From the NCBI GenBank assembly GCA_051362555.1, contig CM120644.1, positions 17,010,534 to 17,074,533 on the forward strand: a stretch of 64,000 nt of DNA, given 5' to 3'. Position numbers and translations under genes: made by a program. The stretch comes from Lingula anatina (lineage: Eukaryota; Animalia; Brachiopoda). Below are positions 55,438 through 64,000 of the stretch, in pieces. The first letter of the stretch is position 1; each line of letters starts with the position of its first letter. The notes under the pieces were generated by a model. The model was not told the origin of the DNA, made no database searches, and saw nothing but the letters and a program-made list of their open reading frames with translations.

Positions 55438-57256
55438 GGGGGGGGGGGTTGAAGGGAGGAAAGGGGAACCACTGGGGTCTCCCTGTTGTTTGAAGTAGAA
55501 ATTTTAATTTAATTGAAATTTTCAAAAACGATTCCGACGCACAGAAACCAGTTTTATTTTTTTAATGATTCTGGCAACCTTTCAGAATTTACAAAACAAG
55601 AGAAACTTGTTATATTACAAATATAGACCTATGCTTGGAATTAATTTGCCCAGTTTTGACATCAAAGAGATTATTTAAAGTTATTAAAGCATGATTTCAA
55701 TCCTTATTTCCATTTATTAGTCAGCAAAATAATGATAATAAAAAATGATGAATTATGATTTGGAAAAAATATTCCATATTAAATGTCAAGTCTGTATGTT
55801 CAAGATGATGAGCGACAGTCGTCCTTATATCAATTTATATATCAAATATAACGTTATGTTTGAAAATCAGTACACATACTGAGTAAAAAGAAAATAAGAC
55901 TGTAGATTTATAAGAAAGCCGGTCACTTATACTGTCGCTTTAAACACCGATATTGTCACAACAAAATCTGGGCTTGTGGTAAGTTCACCATATGTATGAA
56001 ATATTCAGAAAATCACTAAGAATCAAATTCTCTTAATCAATTAATTGTTATTTTTAATGAACTAGAGAGCAAGCAACGAAGTAATTTTTTTGTACGTACC
56101 CAGAATTAAACGCAACAAGTGCAAAATTTTCAGAACTTAAAACTTTTTTTTTGGTTTAGAAAGAAAGGCCGTTTTTAATGTATGAGCAGTTAGCTATAAT
56201 CAAATAACACCTAACACAAACAATAAAGAATAACCAAATCGGCAAGTAATTTATTTCATTTAAAATAAAGTCTGTCGATTTTTGACTTACAATACTGATG
56301 ACATATCTTGATAAGAATTAAATCTGATGTTTCACAATTTAGTCATAGCAACAACCTGCTTTTACCAAAAGTTAAAACAAGATAATGTTTGTACTCTGAT
56401 CCATCTTGTCGCTTTGATTGTGGAAATAGCTTAACTAATTGCACACCTCAGGTAGAGGTTACAAGCAAGTTGTTAGCCTATTTTTGTATTCTATTGGTAT
56501 ATTTTTAAGCATGCCTTCGTAAAGTTATTCCTGTCCCAATTATCACCCATAATAAAAATTTAAACTTTTTCTTGGATTTTAAAAATTATAAAATCGTATT
56601 GTCCTTCAAACCTTTCATAAACTGAACGACATTTATTAAACTCATACCTAGACACATGGATAGGTATTTTACTTATTCTGAACAGTGAACAGAACTACAA
56701 GTAGGCCTAATAAAAAACATTCTTTCTTTTTCACAATATCAACAAGCCAAGCAGTTTAAACTGAATTATATATATATAGCGCTAGTTTATTTGTTTGTCA
56801 AAAAGCTCTGACTGACCTGTTATCTAAGTAGCCTAAATAAATTTCTCGCAAGCACGTGTTGAGCGGACAGTCACACAGCACATGTTAGATAGTCTGTACG
56901 CTCCTGCATGTGCACGTACTATTTCCCTACATACATAACCCTACGGGAGCATGTCGGCAACTTGCGCGACATCTCTGGCGTTTGCACTACTGTATTATGT
57001 TTTCTGATATATTTTTTAATTATCAAAATTATTATTAATATATAAATTATTAGTTTAAGGACTCATTCCCAATGAAACTATCGTTTTACGTAGATCGATC
57101 CAACTCCGCTGGGACTCTCACTGAATGCAATCAATTTAACAGTTAAAAGTACTCATATAATCAACCGTTTTTTTCTGTATTCTACTCAATGATAGGAGGG
57201 GGCCTGTTAATGTTCTGTACCAAGTACTTTGATGGAAAGGCAACAGAATGCACGCA

Positions 57257-57709
57257 TTATTGACACTTTGGGCGGAGTTTGGTCGTCAGCTCTCTGATTT
57301 GGTCTCGTAAAAACGCGTTTTCTTCCTGTGCATTCTGAAGCGCAATTCGAAGTTCCCCGTTGGTTGGAGACTCTGATGGACCTGAGGCAAAACAAATAAA
57401 AAATATATAAATATGTAAAACATGGTAAAAAGTTAAAAGAAGAATATACAAAAACATTTTCCCCAATGGGAATCAATTGACATCGACCCATAATGCCAAA
57501 ATTTTAATATCAGAATATAAAAATCTTTAATCACCAGTTATTGAACATATATTTGCCGAACATAGAGAAATATAAAGGGGTCGAACACGCGCTTTTAACT
57601 ATATAGCCTACGGCGTGGGCGGAAGCTGGGGTTGATTGGGGAAAATATGGTGTACTATTTTGAATTATCGTCACCATATAAGCTGTCAAGCCAGCAACTT
57701 GTCTCCGCT

Positions 57710-57743
<34 letters not shown>

Positions 57744-60700
57744 CAACCTAAAATCGAAACACAAGTAGGGCCTACCTTTAATTGTTTGAACCAACTTCGG
57801 TATTAACTCTTTGTCGTCGACTGGAATGTATTTCAGAGGTTTGAACTCATCGGGGATTTGCTCTGGAGGGATATCCATAAGGACTGGAATAACAACATCT
57901 TCTCTTGATTCCACAGCTTTATGCATGGCAAGCTCTCTTTCCTTTGCACACCAGGGGCACTCCATAAAGCTCTTGGACAGAAACACAACGGTGCGCTTTG
58001 ATCCGTAAACCGCTTCACCCATAGAGGTTATGACAGGCCTCCCTGGGTGGAAGTCACGTACCCCATAGCAGCACTGGACTCCCAATTCCTCTAGCTGCTC
58101 TATCACTGGTTCTACGACAGCTTTGTCTTCACTGCTGTGGGCAATAAATGCGTCGTGGCGAAGGGGCTCCATTGAAGAACTGTGGAGTGAAAACATTCTG
58201 TTTCAATGGGATCATTTCAACAAGTGGCGTAAGAAAGTAACTTTCAAAATTCAGAGAACACAAATAAAAACAAAATGCAGGAAAACTGCAGGAAAACAAT
58301 AGGATAAGTTAGAGAAAGTTGCTTATGTAAGTTCCAGTTTCATGGTTTTTCATTCTAATTCCAATGGATGGCTAAAAACATTTACTCTTCCATCCGATCT
58401 TAATATGGCCCTTACTTTATTTCTTGCTGGTTAGTGGTTGCTGAACATGTTATGCACATGTGTCTGGCAGTGATCAGGGTTCTACAAAGTTCTTCAAAGT
58501 CACCTGGGGGCATATCTGAAATATTCTTCACCACTTCAGCATAAAAGTCCCCTGCCGCACCTGTAAGCGAAACTAATCTTTTTTAAAGTGTCAATCGTAA
58601 GGTGCGGAAAGTGATGCAATGGGTTTTGCGCAACCAATCATTAGATGCTTTATAACATATAATTTATTTTTTGAGTGCACGATATAAAAGTCGCTGAAAG
58701 CAAGTGTGCTTTTCATGTACGCCTATGCATAATCAGACATTTGATAACTTCGTTAGCTGCCATCTTTTGTGTAAATTGTAGCCCAAAAAGTCTATCCCTA
58801 TCTTTACAATAAGCCTGCCATCTGCGATATACAAACACGTACATACAAATAAAAAAAAAATGATAGCGTGAAATGTAGAATTATATACACTTCTAATCTT
58901 ACAGTCCAGTAACCGTCGGTTGTTACATTGGTGTTATGGAGTACATGTGTATGGTACTGTTAAATATCTATAATGACATGACTATTACTTACTGGAAAGT
59001 CGCAGAAGGTTTGAATCCTGTAGCCGATCCTTTAGGTCTCTAATGTTTGTATAATTGTTCTTGTTGGCCCAGTCTTTTAGTTCCTGCACTTTTTGGAATT
59101 GTAAGACATCATGGAAGTTTGTGCTCAGGTTGGTCTGGTTAATGATGGTATATTCAGCAGGGTCTAATAGTTCAGCAAGGTGCTCTAAAGTCCTGGTCTG
59201 TACATACCCCTGTAAATATGGCATCAATTAAGTTATTTTACAGGAACTGGTATATTTGATGAAACAGTTATTAAAATATCGTCCATGATTTCAGGACGTG
59301 CGCAGTTATTAGCCTGGACACTTGACCTCTACACATCTGCCTTTCTATTGAATCACAATTGGTTATACCATTAAAAATATATATTGAACCATAATTGGCC
59401 ATATAATTTAATATCTAAAAATAATCTTTAAATGAATACATCTTCTTAATGGTACTCGCGAGGCGATGTAAAAAATACACATAAACGTGGTAAAAAATAA
59501 ACCGCTTTGAAACAAATACTCGAATTTATGTATTTTTCCACAACTGATAGAAACTTTATGTATCATAATCCAGTGCTATTTAAGGGCTAAAAGTTGACCA
59601 CGTTCACACTGCTACATGTTTACCTGTATATCTGGTATTTCAAAACGCCTCAACAGTTCTACTACGGCAGCGTGTTTTTTCTCTTCTGCCACCATTCTTG
59701 GTGTCTTTCCCTCCTGTAATAGCAAAACTTTTGTTACTTACTGGATGAGGAGGGAATTGTAGGATTTAAGTGCAGTCTAGTAAAATGGTGCTTTCCCGTA
59801 ATACGGTCTTAATATGATTTCTGAAAAAGGTGTAGCCATATTCCTGTGCATTGACTCTTTCACATTTACCTTATTCTGTATACTGGAATCCGCCCCGTGT
59901 TGGAGGAGAAGTATTATATACCAATCTGTTACGAACTGATTACGATTAAACCACGAATCCTGAAATTTTTGATTCCTGGCGATTCGTGGGATTCGTGATC
60001 TGTGTGAAATAGGGGCATTAGCGATCTTTCAAGTTATAACTAATGATCTTAAAGCATGTAACGAATTTCATTGTATATACGCTGTACATATTACAGTGAG
60101 AATCTTTGCTTACCGATTTTTTGTTTATAGCTGATTACTTTGAACACCCCGTGGAAATAAACATGATTCTACGGCATGGATTATCTGTTCACTCACATTC
60201 TTTGTCCATATTCTCAGGGTGGGGATACACCACGTTACATGCTTTAAGATCATTAGTTATAACTTGAAAGATCGCTAATGCCCCTATTTCACACAGATCA
60301 CGAATCCCACGAATCGCCAGGAATCAAAAATTTCAGGATTCGTGGTTTAATCGTAATCAGTTCGTGAAGTTCTTAACAGATTGGTATATAATAGTAGTCA
60401 GTTCTTGCACTTCTTGATCAATCGGGAATTCGTGGCAAAAATTTTTAGCTGTTCAAAGTTTTGGCCACAAACTCCCGATTCCAAAAAATCGTAGTGAATG
60501 TCTGGACAATATTCGTGCGATTCAAGCCGAATCCCAGAATATTCGTAACAATATCGCACCTGTATCGTAACTGAATCGGAGAGCGTGTCGAATTAGGAAC
60601 TTCAGAAAAGACATAATGCATATTTTTAAAGATGATTACTTACAACTAATGAGAAAGATCGCTATGCAGAATATGTAAACCATGTACAATAACTTCTCAC

Positions 60701-63700
60701 TTCGGGAAAGATATGTAGTTAAACACAAGTGTAGCGATATTCTACACTCACCCTAGCCTGTATACTGGCATTCGCCCCGTGTTGGAGGAGAAGCTGGACA
60801 TATTGCGTGTGGCCGCGCCGGGCAGCCAAATGAAGTGGTGTCCACCTATCCTGAAAATATGGACAAACAATGTGAGCAAACAGATAATCTATGCCGTAGA
60901 ATCATGTTTATTTCCACTGGGTGTTTAAAGTAATCAGCTATAAACAAAAAATTGGTAAGCAAAGATTCTCACTGTAATATGTACAGAGTATAAACAATAA
61001 GATTCGACACATGCTTTCAGATAATTAGTTATAACTTGAAAGATCGCTAAGCAGGATATGTAAACCTGGCACAATAACTTCTAATGTACATCGGAAAGAC
61101 ATGTAGTTTTAGGCAAGAGTAGCAATATCGCTATGCTATGAATATTCTACACTCACCTTATTCTGTATACTGGTATCTGCCCCATGTTGGAGGAGAAGCT
61201 GAACACATTGTGAGCGGCCATTGTAGGTACATGTAGCAAGGTGAAGTGGTGTATCCCCACCCTGAGAATATGGACAAAGAATGTGAGTGAACAGATAATC
61301 CATGCCGTAGAATCATGTTTATTTCCACGGGGTGTTCAAAGTAATCAGCTATAAACAAAAAATCGGTAAGCAAAGATTCTCACTGTAATATGTACAGCGT
61401 ATATACAATGAAATTCGTTACATGCTTTAAGATCATTAGTTATAACTTGAAAGATCGCTAATGCCCCTATTTCACACAGATCACGAATCCCACGAATCGC
61501 CAGGAATCAAAAATTTCAGGATTCGTGGTTTAATCGTAATCAGTTCGTGAAGTTCTTAACAGATTGGTATATAATAGTAGTCAGTTCTTGCACTTCTTGA
61601 TCAATCGGGAATTCGTGGCAAAAATTTTTAGCTGTTCAAAGTTTTGGCCACGAACTCCCGATTCCAAAAAATCGTAGTGAATGTCTGGACAATATTCGTG
61701 CGATTCAAGCCGAATCCCAGAATATTCGTAACAATATCGCACCTGTATCGTAACTGAATCGGAGAGCGTGTCGAATTAGGAACTTCAGAAAAGACATAAT
61801 GCATATTTTTAAAGATGATTACTTACAACTAATGAGAAAGATCGCTATGCAGAATATGTAAACCATGTACAATAACTTCTCACTTCGGGAAAGATATGTA
61901 GTTAAACACAAGTGTAGCGATATTCTACACTCACCCTAGCCTGTATACTGGCATTCGCCCCGTGTTGGAGGAGAAGCTGGACACATTGCGTGTGGCCGCG
62001 CCGGGCAGCCAAATGAAGTGGTGTCCACCCATCCTGAAAATATGGACAAACAATGTGAGCAAACAGATAATCCATGCCGTAGAATCATGTTTATTTCCAC
62101 TGGGTGTTTAAAGTAATCAGCTATAAACAAAAAATTGGTAAGCAAAGATTCTCACTGTAATGTGTACAGAGTATAAACAATAAGATTCGACACATGCTTT
62201 CAGATAATTAGTTATAACTTGAAAGATCGCTAAGCAGGATATGTAAACCTGGCACAATAACTTCTAATGTACATCGGAAAGACATGTAGTTTTAGGCAAG
62301 AGTAGCAATATTGCTATGCTAAGAATATTCTACACTCACCTTATTCTGTATACTGGTATCTGCCCCATGTTGGAGGAGAAGCTGAACACATTGTGAGCGG
62401 CCTTTGTAGGTACATGTAGCAAGGTGAAGTGGTGTATCCCCATCCTGAGAATATGGACAAACAATGTGAGTAAACAGATAATTCATGCCGTAGAATCATG
62501 TTTATTTCCACTGGGTGTTTAAAATAATCAGCTATAAACAAAAAATTGGTAAGCAAAGATTCTCACTGTGATTTGTACAGGGTATTAACAGTGTGAATCT
62601 ATACATGATTTAAGATCATTAGTCATAACTTGAAAGATCGCTAAGCAGATATGTAAACCTGGCACAATAACTTCTAATGTACATCGGAAAGACATGTAGT
62701 TTTAGGCAAGAGTAGCAATATTGCTATGCTAAGAATATTCTACACTCACCTTATTCTGTATACTGGTATCTGCCCCGTGTTGGAGGAGAAGCTGAATACA
62801 CTGCGTGGGGCCGCCCGCGACAGCCAGGTGAAGTGGTGTCCACCCATCCTGAGAATATGGACAAACAATGTGAGTAAACTGATAATCCATGTTACAGAAT
62901 CAAATTTATTTCCACTGGGTGTTTAAAGCAATCAGTTATAAACCAAAATCGATTAGCAAAAACAAATATCACTGTGATATAGAAAAGATATTTACGACGT
63001 GATTTGATACATATTTTAAGATGATTACTTATAATTTAAGAGAATGATCGCTAAGCAGAATACGTAAACCTTGTACAATAACTTCTAATAAACTTCGAGA
63101 AATATATGTAGTTATACGCAGGTGTAGCGATATTGCTATGCTAAGACTATTCTACACTCCTCACACTGATATCCGGCCCGTTTTGGAGGAGATGCACAAG
63201 ATATTCTGTGTTGCCGTTCCTGGCAGCCGAGTGAAGTTGTGTCCACCCATTCTGAGAATATGGACAAACAGTGTGAGTAAACAGGTAATTTAGGTTGCAG
63301 AAACATGCTTATTTTCATGCGGGGTTTAAAATTAACAAATTAACAAAAATCGGTCAGCAGAAATTCGCACTATCATGCAGGGGCGGATTTAGGCCATCTT
63401 CTGGGTCTTCCAGAAGACGGTCAGATTTTCAAGTTTACATAGATAGGTATGTAATTTTTTCAGGCTGAAGACGGTCAAAACTGGAGGATGGATCAACAAA
63501 GATAATTTGGAAGACTGTCAGAAAAAAAGCTCTTGATACGCCCCTGCTATGATATGTATAAACAATGTCGTGTCGAAAAACATGTTTGGGACAATAGTCT
63601 TGAAGAATAAGGTTTTAAGAAAAGAATTAACAGTTACCAGAAGGAAGAGGAGCAGTAAGGAGTGAGGCAGTTACTTAGAGAATGTCCACGGAATTTGCAA

Positions 63701-63931
63701 TGGGTCGTTTCTACATAAGTGTAAATACTTCAGTTTGTATCCTTACTGTAACAATAAATAGCTAAACGATACCGTGACTAGTGACAGAGTAATTAACGTT
63801 GTTACCCAGTCCTGGACATTGATGTCGCACTCCCTGGCAGTCAGCAGTTCCTGTAAACTCTCAATATCTCCATCACATGCAGCGAGGAGAAGCTTTTCGT
63901 CAGGCTTACTGGTTGTACCGAGTATATCCAT
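57257..63931 (-). CDS. ANK-DD-TIR gene 2, paralog of gene 1 (about 566 aa if the degenerate exon is included)
   Basis: Exons 63931-63806, degenerate 63251-63165, ankyrin exons 62848-62750, 62444-62340, 62033-61935, 61261-61157, 60850-60752, (broken exon 59870-59911 skipped), 59713-59624, 59209-58993, 58560-58416, TIR 58179-57776 (HDAFIAHS, RDFHPG, FLSKSFMECPWCAKE), 57381-57257. The last five exons have the same lengths as in gene 1 (90, 217, 145, 404, 125). Confidence 0.82.
60234..62599. repeat. Direct tandem duplication with 1183-bp period, two ankyrin exons per unit
   Basis: Exon donors at 60752/61935 and 61157/62340 are both 1183 bp apart; introns are near-identical, including a truncated repeat starting gcccctatttcacacagatcacgaat. 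Confidence 0.9.
63378..63546. mobile_element. Third, more diverged copy of the CAGGGGCGGAT MITE
   Basis: Same TIRs and interior; the homologous site in gene 1 (cactatgatatg, ~32642) is empty. Confidence 0.85.
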
Positions 63932-64000
63932 ACTGGTTATGCCGTGGATATTCTTCCGAAGAGCAATGAACGGTATCTCCTAAATAAGACGCAGTGATCA

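Overview
AT-rich, intron-rich animal (invertebrate-like) genomic DNA; most short ORFs in the track are exon fragments or noise, so gene models were assembled by hand from GT-AG sites and frame phases. Left to right: nested MITEs and the probable first exon(s) of a minus-strand gene (1-1.7 kb); a complete 22-coding-exon MED24 (minus, 3665-17390) head-to-head with an 18-coding-exon RACGAP1/CYK-4 (plus, 18630-25916); and two paralogous minus-strand genes with the architecture ankyrin repeats - death-fold-like domain - TIR - coiled coil (28545-33420 and 57257-63931). Each ankyrin repeat sits on its own phase-0 exon (mostly 99 or 105 bp) with a constant framework and variable binding-surface residues, and these exons show duplication, inversion and decay. 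Between the paralogs, a ~1-kb unit from upstream of the first gene occurs as four diverged copies; one is split by a 5.55-kb TTAA-flanked Kolobok-like transposon relic, and a ~507-bp part of the last is amplified into a 17-copy higher-order satellite. Every copy keeps the palindrome GGGGAATTCCCC, which matches the NF-kappaB consensus (20 sites). The candidate novel system is a diversifying, DARPin-like ANK-DD-TIR immune locus coupled to an amplified kappaB-site array; structure is read from the sequence, function is inference.
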